Shown in pieces: positions 29,691 through 41,974 of a DNA stretch of 64,000 nucleotides. The position numbers and the translations under genes are program-made. The DNA lies in NCBI RefSeq assembly GCF_009914755.1, contig NC_060928.1. The stretch is one strand, 5' to 3'. Source of the DNA: the human T2T-CHM13v2.0 reference genome, Homo sapiens. Below the pieces are notes generated by a model. The model had not been told where the DNA came from. It was given only the letters and a program-made list of their open reading frames with translations, and made no database searches. How positions within the stretch are numbered: the stretch's first letter is position 1; each line of letters begins with the position of its first letter.

Positions 29691-30024
29691 CAGGGAAGTT
29701 GTTTGCTTTTTTGTCTGTTGTTATCCTTGTGGTTTTACATGGTGATTAGTTTCTTTTAAAGAGATTCTTGAGGGAAAATAAGTGAAAAATAAGTGCAAAT
29801 AAGTGAAAAATGGGTTAATGCTTAATGTGTTGGGAATAAATAGAATGTTTTGCAATTTTTTTGTGTGTGTGGATGGGAATCCAAGAATCAATGAAAGGCT
29901 AAAATAGTGGATGGGAATTTTATTTTAAATGAGCTGTTGAATACATCTATATTTAAACTTTTAATAATTTAATTCTAAGTTAAAAAATGAAATTTAAAAG
30001 TAAATAGAATGTGCTATTCATCTC

Positions 30025-30179
30025 TTAACCTAGAAAAGTTAGCTACAGACCTGTTGGAATCTTTCTTTTTCCTTATCCTGTTCCCACAGCACTCCGTATC
30101 CCCTTGGGTAGTAATTATCTTTCTTGCCTGTATTAGTTTATCAGCCGTCTTCTCCATCTTTCCTGGTCCAACTTGTTCA
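30025..30179 (+). repeat. Left arm of a ~155-bp inverted repeat
   Basis: Aligns by eye to the reverse complement of 31388-31547 at roughly 80-85% identity in the core. Confidence 0.9.
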
Positions 30180-31387
30180 CTACTCTTTCCCCAGGACCAA
30201 TCTTGCATATGTCTGACCCACAGTCTGTGTTCTAGAAATATGTGCAGTCTGGGTGAATGAATCTGAACTCTGAGCGCAGTCTAGGAAGGGAGGATATAAA
30301 TACCATAAAGATTTAGAATCTTGTTTCTGAGACTATGTAATACTCTTTATTCCGCAGAATATTTTCTCCCCTGTTTCTTTGCCATTCTGAAGGAGATAGC
30401 AGAGGCACTTTTTGTAGTGGCAGGAACATGGCAGGACTTCTTATTCAGCTGTCACTTCTGTACAGACAATGTCCTTCTGTTCCGGGAGTATCCTTATGCA
30501 TAGAGAGTATCCTTCTGTACAGGGACTACCTTCTGGATGGGCAGGCTTCTGCTCACATCTCAGCCATGCCCTTTCACAATATTCATTTTAAAAAGTGAAT
30601 ATTACATATGTGTTATTTTTAATTACTGTCACTGATGTATGTAATTTGAAAATTAATGTTGCTATAATTATATTGATATACTGAGTAGTTATTCCCAGCT
30701 TTTTAGTCAGACAAATTAAGCCTGTCTTTATGAATTCATCCTCAGAGCCTCAAAGTGGTTAAGAATTCAGGAGTATGCAGAATTAAAGCCTTTGTTCTGT
30801 GGTTAATTTAGCATGAGTTAGCAAATGTAATTGATTTAAAAAAATGTGGCATCAAGATTAGATTTCTCTTCGAGGAGAACTTTTGGTCTCTGTTCTCTTT
30901 TGCCAGAGGTTTCTAATTTATAAGAAGCAACTCATTTGGGTCACATTCAAAACTGGAATTAAAGTGATTTGTATGGGTATGTTCACTTTAAATAGGGGAC
31001 ATTCTCCTTTGGGACCAAAGATGCCCTGATTTTTTAAAAAGAGATAAATGTACTGTCTTGTTTACGGTTGTATTTTCCGTACTTAACATAGTACCTGGCC
31101 TGAAATAAGTGTTTGGTATTTTTTTTAATGAATAAGTAAATGAATGAATGATTAAAGGTTGCCAGGAAATAGAACAGAGAAATGTATATTATTTTTTTGA
31201 TTTCTCTAGTACTGAAATGGTTCATCTGTTTGTCTTCTTGTTCTTTATACTCCACTGGGGGCTCCTATACCATCTCCCCAACCCCTCCTAGGCCCTCCCA
31301 TGACTTCATATGGTCTCTCCATGTTAACATCTGAAACTCAACATACCTGACTGGACAAATCATCCATACCTCCAGTGTGGACTTGAA

Positions 31388-31547
31388 TGAACAAGTCAGA
31401 CCAGGAGAGATGGAGAAGATAGGCAATACACTAATACATGCAAGAAAGATGATTGCTACACAGAGGGATACAGAGAGTGCTGTGGGAACAGGACAAGGGG
31501 AAAAGGAAGGCAACAATAGGTCTACAGATAATTTTTTTCCAAGTTTA
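31388..31547 (-). repeat. Right arm of the ~155-bp inverted repeat
   Basis: Its reverse complement shares 'tcctgttcccacagcactc', 'atctttcttgc', 'tgtattagt', 'tcttctccatct' and 'acttgttca' with 30025-30179. Confidence 0.9.
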
Positions 31548-31599
31548 ACATACCTAGGCCCACACCTCCTTCTGACTTTCTGTTTGTGATGCCAGGCAT

Positions 31600-33500
31600 T
31601 GTGGATTATTTTGTCATATCTCATCTGTCTAAATCTCCCTTTCCTTCTCTGTCTGGTTCGTATGGCTTGAGGTCCCATCTACATGTTGATGGCTCCGTCT
31701 CTAGCCCAGAGCTCTCTTTTAAGCATCAGCCCCACGTATCTGAATACTGGGCTCTCCATTTGGATGCCCCACACGCTCCTCATGTTGTCCTATAAAACCC
31801 TGCAGGATCTGATTCCCGTTTACCTTGCCAGCCTCTTTCTACCTGTAATTCTGCACTCTAACAATACTGTGCTTCTCTTAGTTCCTGGAGAATACCATCT
31901 TTTCTTTCTCCTTTGAGCTTTTGTATATGCTGTTTTCTCTGCTTGGAATATTCTTCCCCCTACTCTTTTTCTGGCTAACTCCTACGTACTCTTCACCAGC
32001 TTAGATATCACTTCTTCTGAGAATATTTCCTGCTGCCAACCCTCGAAATCTGAGTAAGAGTCTTTTGTAAATCCACAACACCATATATTTTCTATTATGT
32101 ATTCTGAGCATTTCTAACACTGTTTTAATTGCCCGTTAATCTCTCATTAGACAGTGAGATCAATGAGTATGTCACTATTTCTTTTCTGGGCCTGCCTCAT
32201 TATATTTTCTTGAATGTTTCCATCTCATTCGAGGCCATTGTCACCTCAGGGTTTGTGCTAGAGCAAAGCCTTTTGTAGCTGGCTTTTTTTTTTCTTTCGA
32301 GGCACTCCAGCTCTGTCGGCCAGGCTGGAGTGTAGTAGGTCCAATCTCGGCTCACTGCAACCTCCGCCTCCCAGGCTCAAGGGATTCTCTTTTGCCTCAG
32401 CTTCCTGAGTAGCTGGGATTACAGCCTTGTGCCACCACACCCAGCTAAATTTTGTATTTTTAGTAAAAACGGGGTTTCGCCATGTTGGCCGGACTGGTCT
32501 CAAACTCCTGGTTCAAGTGATCCACTCACCTCAGCTCCCCAAAATGCTGGGATTACAGGCATGAGCCACCACCCCTGGCCCCATAGCTGGCTCCTTTGCA
32601 TTCAATCTGTGCCATCCCTGGCCATCTTATACATATCTAGCAAGTCAGGATCTCCAAGTTGCTGCTTAGTCAGTATCACTTCCCAGCTGGGAGGCCTCCA
32701 GTACTATGAAATTCATTGCATCCCTGGTTTGATATTCCACAAGGTAAAATCAACAAGCACTCAGCATTAAGTATGTAATCTTCCTACATTTCTGTCTCTA
32801 TTAAAGGCATCACCATTTTCTTGGTGACCAAGTTGGGTAAGTTGACAGTTTTGAGTTCTTACCCCACTTACCAAGCCCAAAGGCTGTCAATTTAAATTAA
32901 GGACCAGAACACTAAGGGAGGAAGCAAGCCCTAAGAGTTTTGGATTAATGCCAGACCGATAGATGTCATGGTTAGATCACCCTCATATTCACCTTCCATG
33001 TGATGCTCAAATTTTATTTCCTCCTCTCTTTTCCTAGTGCTGATGCCTCCGTGTAGACTCACTTTATCTCTGCTTGAATCTTGTCATCACATCTAACTAA
33101 CTGATTGCTGACCCCCAATTCTTTCTCCTTGCTATTGCTTGTGAAGATCAAATGAGAAAATATACGTGGAAGTGCTTTGTAAACTGCAAACATGCAGCTG
33201 TCAGTCGTGACCTCAAGCATGCAAGGAATTGCATGGAATCTTTCCCATAAAGCTCATGGTTCCAATGTATGTGACTTTCTGTCCTGGACCACCTCAAAAC
33301 AGGAGTTTCTCCTCTAGACTGGGGTATGTGCCTTCTCTGTATTTGCACTTGATGTATTGTACTATAGGATACTGTTTATGAATTTGTTCCTCTCCTGAAC
33401 TTCTTGAGGCCAGAATAATATTTTATTCATCTTTGCGTGTACTCCTCCTACACCTAGCCCAGCATAGTGCCTGGCACATGAGAGATGAGCAACCCATACC
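31600..33500 (+). mobile_element. Cluster of L2 fragments (with inserted Alu and a MIR piece)
   Basis: L2-like pyrimidine-rich motifs 'tctctagcccagagctctc', 'atatgctgttttctctgcttggaatattcttccc', 'ctagcccagcatagtgcctggcacat'. Confidence 0.6.
32285..32580 (-). mobile_element. Alu (S type), full length
   Basis: Antisense dimer; flanking repeat 'tagctggct'. Confidence 0.94.
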
Positions 33501-33627
33501 AACCATGTGTATATTAGCCAGATAGTTCTGATATTGCCATTCCTTCTGCCAGAGTTGTCCTTCCCTACTGTCTTCACCTGTTTGCATCGTTTTTAGCTGG
33601 CTGACGGGCTCTTATACCTTTAATACC

Positions 33628-33708
33628 TTGCTACTTAAAGATATAGTTTTGGGACCAGCAGCATTGGCATCACCTGTGAGCTGTTAATTGCAGGTTGAGA
33701 ACTTTGGA
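33628..33708. mobile_element. MER5A (hAT-Charlie) fragment next to the exon acceptor
   Basis: 'ggaccagcagcattggcatcacctgtgagctgtta' resembles a MER5A arm. Confidence 0.6.
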
Positions 33709-33742
33709 AAAGCATTTATTTTGTTTTTATTTCTGAACACAG

Positions 33743-33901
33743 GTACTTGCAACTGGGCTCAGTGGTCTCTACTCTTCCCTGCCTACAAAGCTAGAAGAGA
33801 AAGGCGAGGAATGGCACTGCCTTCTGAAAGATGACTGGCTTCTACTTCCTTCTCTTGTCCAGTTCATGAACTCCCTGGAGTTTTGCAATGCAGTCATACA
33901 G
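33743..33901 (+). CDS. FHIP1A: FHIP1A coding exon, aa 245-297 (VLATGLSGLYSSLP...SLEFCNAVIQ)
   Basis: Acceptor aacacag|GTA, donor CAG|GTACCA; 159 nt, phase 0/0; FHIP-family motifs VLATGLSGLYSSLP and LEFCNAVIQ. Confidence 0.96.
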
Positions 33902-34602
33902 GTACCAGAGCACAATAAAGGATCCCTTTGCTATGGCTTCATTCAGAGCACAAGCACTGCAAAGGATTAATTTTAAAACGTTCATTTTTTAAAATGTTAA
34001 TAAATGTTTATGGAATATTGGTGCTTTAAGCCAATTGAATGTCCTTGAATGAGTGAAAATGTTAGTTTGTAGGTTTCTGGAAGTTTTAACTGAGAAAAAA
34101 AATGAGTAGATTTTCTTTATCTTCTTTATAAATTAATTCTGTTTTGATTATCTACTTAACCATCAAAAATAAGTTCAATGCCTGACTCATTAAATAGATT
34201 ATTTTTAGGTTTCTAAGTACTCCAGATTATACCGCTTTTACTTCAAGGTCTTCTTGGGAATTTACAAAGGAGAACACTTTATTTTGCTTAATGGCGCATA
34301 CTACATAAAGAATATTGTTATCCTGATTGAATTTAGAAGAAGTTAAGCATTTTCATTGCAACACAAATTAAATTCTCTTTGAAATTGTCCTGTTTGGGAG
34401 AGGAAAAAAGCAACCACTGAATTCTTGTGTATTTGGCTTCTTGATTAGATTTTTACCTTTAGATTTGTTGTTACTGTTTTCAATAAAAATCAGATTTTAA
34501 GTATATTTAAGGATGTGGTAAGTTTTCATAAAAAATATTTTAGTTCCATATAGCATAAATATTACCTTAATATTAGATTTATTAAGAAATCAAGTTTTCT
34601 TT

Positions 34603-34750
34603 CTTTTTTTTTCTCGGCCTTTTTTTTTATTATTATACTTTAAGTTTTAGGATACATGTGCACAACGTGCAGGTTTGTTACATATGTATACATGTGTCAT
34701 TTTGGTGTGCTGCACCCATTAACTTATCATTTAGCATTAGGTATATCTCC
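34603..34750 (-). mobile_element. Heavily 5'-truncated young L1PA (PA2-PA4-like) 3' end
   Basis: 'ttattatactttaagttttagg...tcatttagcattaggtatatctcc'; exact 20-bp flanking repeat taagaaatcaagttttcttt at 34583-34602 and 34751-34770. Confidence 0.93.
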
Positions 34751-35941
34751 TAAGAAATCAAGTTTTCTTTATAGTGATTGTAGGATGAAAGATGTTAGTT
34801 ATAATCTGTTTATCTACCAAATAAAGAAATAGCTTCTGGAAGAAAATACAAGTAAATTATTTTAGTTCCATCTCATTTTTATTGCTAAGTCAAAGAAAGT
34901 TTTATTTATATATAAGAAAAATGGATTACATCTTATTTTTTCCTTTAATATTGCAGTCTATCAACCTATCAACATTTTCTTGCAGAAGTTTGTGGAAATA
35001 AAAAAGATGGAACTACTATTAGTTCTTCCCCAAAAATATATACACACAGAGAGATTATCAGTAATTTGAAGATCTAGCTTCACTTTCCTAGAAATTGCTT
35101 TTTACTTTATTGTTTGACTTTCTTTCTCTTTTTCATTTTCTTCTTTTTTTAAAGAAAGAGAAATAAAGCTAATGGGCATGGTAAGAACAGGGAAATTATA
35201 TTATTTCATACTGCATTTTGACATCGAAACCATATACTTTTAAGGTTTTTTGTTTGGGGAAGCTACTGAAAAGGTTATTTATGAAAGATATTAGTAGAGG
35301 GTTATCTACACTAAATATATTTTGGAAATCAAATATGAGAAGTATTGTACTTCTGATAATGTTTTCCGCTTTTGAATATTATCTATTTTTCTGAAAATAT
35401 TTTTAAATGCCTTTTCTTTAATATAAATGACTATCAGGAAATACATATTTAAAATGAGGAAATGTTTTCTGCTAGCAAAATAAATGTATTTAATTGTTTT
35501 GACAGTTATACTCAGTTTTTAAAATTAGTTACAGGTTGAGATGTGATTTAGAAGAAAGTAAGGGGCAAAAATTATACTTTCCAGTTTGTTAACTTTAACA
35601 AACTGGATATGTTTAACACACTGGATATGGTATGTGTAAGTATGAATCCTTATACATACTCAGTCTATTTATTGTCTTTTTTCCAAATACGCAGTTTAAA
35701 ATTACCAATATTATGTTTGAAAGTTCAACTTCTGCGGATTTTAACCAAGGTGTTTATACTGGAATAAGCTATTTGAAAGGCTTATATGACAGTATGAGGT
35801 CTGATTTGTTCTTTAATCACAGAATAAATGGCCAAAATGTGGATTTCCTTTTTGAGTTCAGGATGTACACAGAATTGTTTTATTTTAAGAACTGAAGATT
35901 GAACTCTTTGCCTTTTTCATGCCTATGTGCCTCTCTCTCAG

Positions 35942-36028
35942 GTGGCTCACCCCTTGATTCGAAATCAGCTTGTCAATTACATTTACAATGGATTTTTGGT
36001 ACCAGTCTTGGCTCCTGCTCTCCATAAG
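35942..36028 (+). CDS. FHIP1A: FHIP1A coding exon, aa 298-326 (VAHPLIRNQLVNYIYNGFLVPVLAPALHK)
   Basis: Pyrimidine-rich acceptor ctctctctcag|GTG, donor AAG|GTCAGT; 87 nt, phase 0/0; family motif GFLVPV. Confidence 0.96.
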
Positions 36029-39000
36029 GTCAGTGATTGGCTCATGTAATCTTCTGTCTCTATAATACAAGTGATGGACACTGAGGAGGGTAAACACAGT
36101 GTAATTGATTTGATGGTGATTTTAGCCTGATTTTTCTTTTCATTCCGTCTATATTTCTTAGCAATATCAAACACAGGTATTAAAATGGCCACAGCTTAAA
36201 CTGATGGTTCTATCTGGTGTCATAGAATACAGTATTGTGAGTGTCAAGTAGGATAGTCAGCCTAAAGGAACATTGGCAGATAGACTCTGACTCTGCCTGT
36301 TTCACTTCGTGGGCAGTGGCAACTTGGAACTGTCAAGATGTTCTCCAAGGCTGAGTCTGTCATAGAGAATGCAAGGTCTGCTGTGGGCATGGAGAGGAGC
36401 AGTGGTAGCACAAGTGCCATAGATTTGCCATCTACTTAATAAAACATAATTTTTTATTGTAACAATTTTGTGACAGCAAAAATTAAAGTGGAGCCAAATT
36501 AAGGTCCCATCAAATGTTGGCTGTCTCATTAGCACAACTGAATTTCTTATGACTCTCTCATTTTGTATAATAAATCAACTGATATCTTTTCCATTGTGAG
36601 CTGTCAGGAGACACTCCTAGGCCTAGAATTCTGATTTTCTGTTTTTCCTTCACTAAGTAAAGAGACGTGTGCAGTATTTAGTTCAGGGGATCTTTGTCAA
36701 GATTTTGGAATCATACCTCTAGCAGAGACAGAAGCAAAGAGCAACTTGATCATATGTTGTTTTGATGGAATGCCCACCATTCTGCATCCTGAAGTTCAAT
36801 TTCTATGGACTTTTATTTTACAGAATCCAAAAATACTTGATTATGGCAACTTTGAAACCTTGCCATCCAAGCTGATGAGGTTTCTGGTTTAGAGCAGATC
36901 TTGACAGAAGATGTTCATCCTTTACTATTTAGTGCCTCTCCAGCATAGTGGCCATGTTTTCCAAGCCAAACAGGGTACTTGGTTTGAATTGGATTTTTAT
37001 GTTATTTCTAGGTTCAAGAGGTCATCTTTGATGTGGTTTAAACATAAAAATACTGAGGTTTCCATGTTATTTTAGTAGTTTATGGGCACAAAGGAACCAA
37101 GTCTGTGAAATTAGATCTCTGTTGGAAAATAAGGGATTAACTCTGGAAAATACAGAACTTGTATTTGTTTCTAGGTTAACTTTATGTTTGTCAGTATTCT
37201 GTTGTTCCAGGGATGGAATGGGTATCTTGCATTGAAGACCTCTAAGCCTCTGCATGGAAGAATTTTCCTCTTCGGAGGAACACAAGAGTGCTATAGAAAT
37301 TCTTTGGCAGTAATTATCCATATATGCTCTCACACATTTAGACTTTCTTCTTCATTTATTTCCATCCTTTTCCTCAATGACCTATTGACATAAACATTTC
37401 CTGTCATTATTATAATAGTGATAATTATTATAATTACTATTTGTTCAGGAAATTTTATGTTATTATGATTAGCACACTTTAGTGTTACAGACATTAGTGA
37501 TAGCTCTTTATTCATAATTGAGGATGAAAGCCACCTCAGAGAGCTGTTACGAGGATCTTACTGGTCACCACACACTACTTCTTCATATCACTTAGTACAG
37601 GTAAAGTTAAATCATTACATGTGCTATTGCTTGCTTAATGTCTTCTCCACAGTGGTATGCGTGCTTTCAGTTATGGCATATTATCACATGTGTTTTATTC
37701 ACTGGGATATCTCCAATGCTGAGCACAGTACCTTAGACTTAGGAGGCTGAAGAAACAACACACAAATGGAATGCTTGTTAAAGTGCCAACAGAGTGCTGG
37801 CACTTAGTACCTTCCCAGACAGTGGTTTGTAAGAGAATAATTGCTAACATTTGATCTAGCTCTTTACATATATTATGTAATATCCTCAGTTGTGCCCATA
37901 ATTAAAATATGAGAGTTTTGAAACCATAAAGTTAATACATTTAAAGTTTAAAGCCATAAAGTTAATACATGCTTATTATAAAAATAAAAAAGAGTCAATG
38001 CTGAATATGTAAAATGAGAAGCGAATGTTACTGTATTAGGTTTGAATTTCCAACCCCTAATTAAGATTCCTTAACTTGTATCCATTGCAGACAATTTGTC
38101 TCAGGGCTATATAGCAACTAGGGAGAACAAAGATGAATTTTTTTCCTTCTTAATTAATTTTCTCCCTGTTCTCTGTCTGTTTTTTGTTGGTTTGCTTTTT
38201 TTTTTTTTATCATGTAGGATGAATAGGGTTAGGGACGGAGCAGGCCAGGGAAGGAGAACAGCCTCTCCTCTGGCTCTTGGCTCCTTATGTGGTTGATGAA
38301 GAAAGGAGCCATTTCATGAGTGGCAGGACAGGAAATCAGAAGCACATGAACAAAGAAGTCTAGAACTGGATGTTTCTTGAGGGGTTCCCAGTGAGAGCAG
38401 TCATATCCCATTTCCTGTATTTCCCCCTTTGGTATGGGGAGTGATACCGAGAAGTCTGGGCTCAGGTCCACTGGAGGGACTCCTGTCTGTGTTTCCTATA
38501 CTCCATGTCCACTGCCTTGACATGAGCATTATTTTTTTTAATTCTTTATTTATTTTTATTGTATTTTTATTATACTTTAAGTTCTGGGATTCACATGCAG
38601 AATGTGCAGGTTTGTTACATATGTATACACGTGCCATGGTGGTTTGCTGCACCCATCAACTCGTCATCTACATTAGGTATTTCTCCTAATGCTATCCCTC
38701 CCCTGGCCCCTGGCCCCCTGACAGGCCCCGGTGTGTGATGTTCCCCTTTCTGTGTCCATGTGTTCTCGTTCAACTCCCACTTATGAGTGAGAACATGCGG
38801 TGTTTGGTTTTCTGTTCCTGTGTTAGTTTGCTGAGAATGATGGTTTCCAGCTTCATCCATGTCCCTGCAAAGGAATGAACTCATCCTTTTTTATGGCTGC
38901 ATATTCCATGGTGTATTCCATGGTGTATTCCATGGTGTATATGTGCCACATTTTCTTTAGTCTATCATTGATGGGCATTTGGGTTGGTTCCAAGTCTTTG

Positions 39001-39132
39001 CTATTGTTAATAGTGCTGTAATATATATACGTATGCATGTGTCTTTATAGTAGAATGATTTATAATCCTTTGGGTATATACCCAGTAATGGGATTGCTGG
39101 GTCAAATGGTATTTCTGGTTCTAGATCCTTGA

Positions 39133-39535
<403 letters not shown>

Positions 39536-41603
39536 GTTCCCTGACTTTTTAATGATTGCCATTCTAACTGGCGTGACATGGTATCTCATTGTGGTTTTGA
39601 TTTGCATTTCTCTAATGACCAATGATGGTGAGCTTTTTTTCATATGTTCTTTGGCTGCATAAATGTCTTCTTTTGAGAAATGTCTGTTCATAATCTTTGC
39701 CCACTTTTTGGTGGGGTTTTTTCTTGTAAATTTGTTTAAGTTCCTTGTAGATTCTGGATATTAGCCCTTTGTCAGATGGATAGATTGCAAAAATTTTCTC
39801 CCATTCTGTAGGTTGCGTGTTCACTCTGATGCTAGTTTCTTTTGCTGTGCAGAAGTTCTTTGGTTTAATTAGATCCCATTTATCAATTTTGGCTTTTGTT
39901 GCCATTGCTTTTGATGTTTTAGTCCTGGAGTCTTTGCCCATGCCTGTGTCCTGAGTGGTATTGCCTAGGTTTTCTTCTAGGGTTTTTATGATTTTAGGTC
40001 TTACATTTAACTCTTTAATCCATCGTGAATTAATTTTTGTATAAGGTGTAAGGAAGGGGTCCAGTTTCAGTTTTCTGCATATGGCTAGCCAGTTTTCCCA
40101 GCACCATTTATTAAATAGGGAATCCTTTCCCCATTGCTTGTTTTAGTTAGGTTTGTCGAAGATTAGGTGGTTGTAGATGTGTAGCATTATTCCTGAGGTC
40201 TCTGTTATGTTCCGCTGGTCTATATATCTGTTTTGGTACCAGTACCCTGCTGTTTTTGTTACTGTAGCCTTGTAGTATAGTTTGAAGTCAGGTAGTGTGA
40301 TGCCTCCAGCTTTGTTCTTTTTGCTTAGGATTGTCTTGGCTAAACAAGCTCTTTTTTGGTTCCATATGAAATTTAAAGTAGTTTTTTCTAATTCTGTGAA
40401 GAAAGTCAATGGTAGCTTGATGGGGATAGCATTGAATCTATAAATTACTTTGGGCAGTATGGCCATTTTCATGATATTGATGCTTCCTATCCATGAGCAT
40501 AGAATGTTTTTCCATTTGTTTGTGTCCTCTCTTATTTCCTTGAGCAGTGGTTTGTAGTTCTCCTTGAAGAGGTCCTTCACATCCCTTGTAACTTGTATTC
40601 CTAGATATTTTATTTTTTTTGTAGCAATTGTGAGTGGGAGTTCACTCATAATTTGGTTCTCTGTGTTTCTATTATTTATGTATAGGAATGCTCGTGATTT
40701 TGCACATTAATTTTGTATTCTGAGACTGCTGAAGTTGCTTATCAGTTTAAGGAGATTTTTGGCTGAGATGATAGGGTTTTCTAAATATACAATCAGGTCA
40801 TCTGCAAACAGAGACAATTTGACTTCCTCTCTTCCTGTTTGAATACCCTTTATTTCTTTCTCTTGCCTGATTGCCCTGGCCAGAACTTCCACTATGATGT
40901 TGAATAGGAGTGGTGAGAGAGGGCATCCTTGTCTTGTACCAGTTTTCAAAGAGAATGCTTCCAGCTTTTTCCCATTCAGTATGATATTGGCTGTGGGTTT
41001 GTCATAAATAGCTCTTATTATTTTGAGATACATTCCATCAGTACTTAGTTTATTGAGAGTTTTTAGCGTGAAGGGGTGTTGAATTTTATTGAAGGCCTTT
41101 TCTGCATCTATTGAGATAATCATGTGGTTTTTGTAATTGGTTCTGTTTATGCGATGGATTAGGTTTATTGATTTGCATATGTTGAACCAGCCTTGCATCC
41201 CAGGGATGAAGCTGACTTGATCGTGGTGGATAAGCTTTTTGATGTGCTCCTGGATTCGGCATTGCCAGATCGATGTTCATCAGGGACATTGGTCTGAAAT
41301 TTTCTTTTTTTGTGGTGTCTCTGCCAGGTTTTGGTATCAGGATGATGCTGGCTTCATAAAATGAGTTAGGGAGGAGTCCCTCTTTTTCTGTTGTTTGGAA
41401 TAGTTTCAGAAGGAATGGTACCAGCTCATCTTTTTACCTCTGGTAGAATTTGGCTGTGAATTTGTCTGGTCCTGGGCTTTTTTTTGGTTGGTAGGCATTA
41501 GTTAACTTGTTATTGGTCTGTTCAGGGATTTGACTACTTCCTGATTTAGTCTTGAGAGGGTGTATGTGTCCAGGAATTTATGCATTTCTTCTAGATTTTC
41601 TAG

Positions 41604-41974
<371 letters not shown>

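Noticed and set aside
30009-31678. Similar peptides from ORFs at 30009/30014 and 31265/31377 as a paralogous small-protein pair
   Set aside because: The similarity holds on both strands and reflects the DNA-level inverted repeat; several starts are non-ATG and there is no supporting exon structure.
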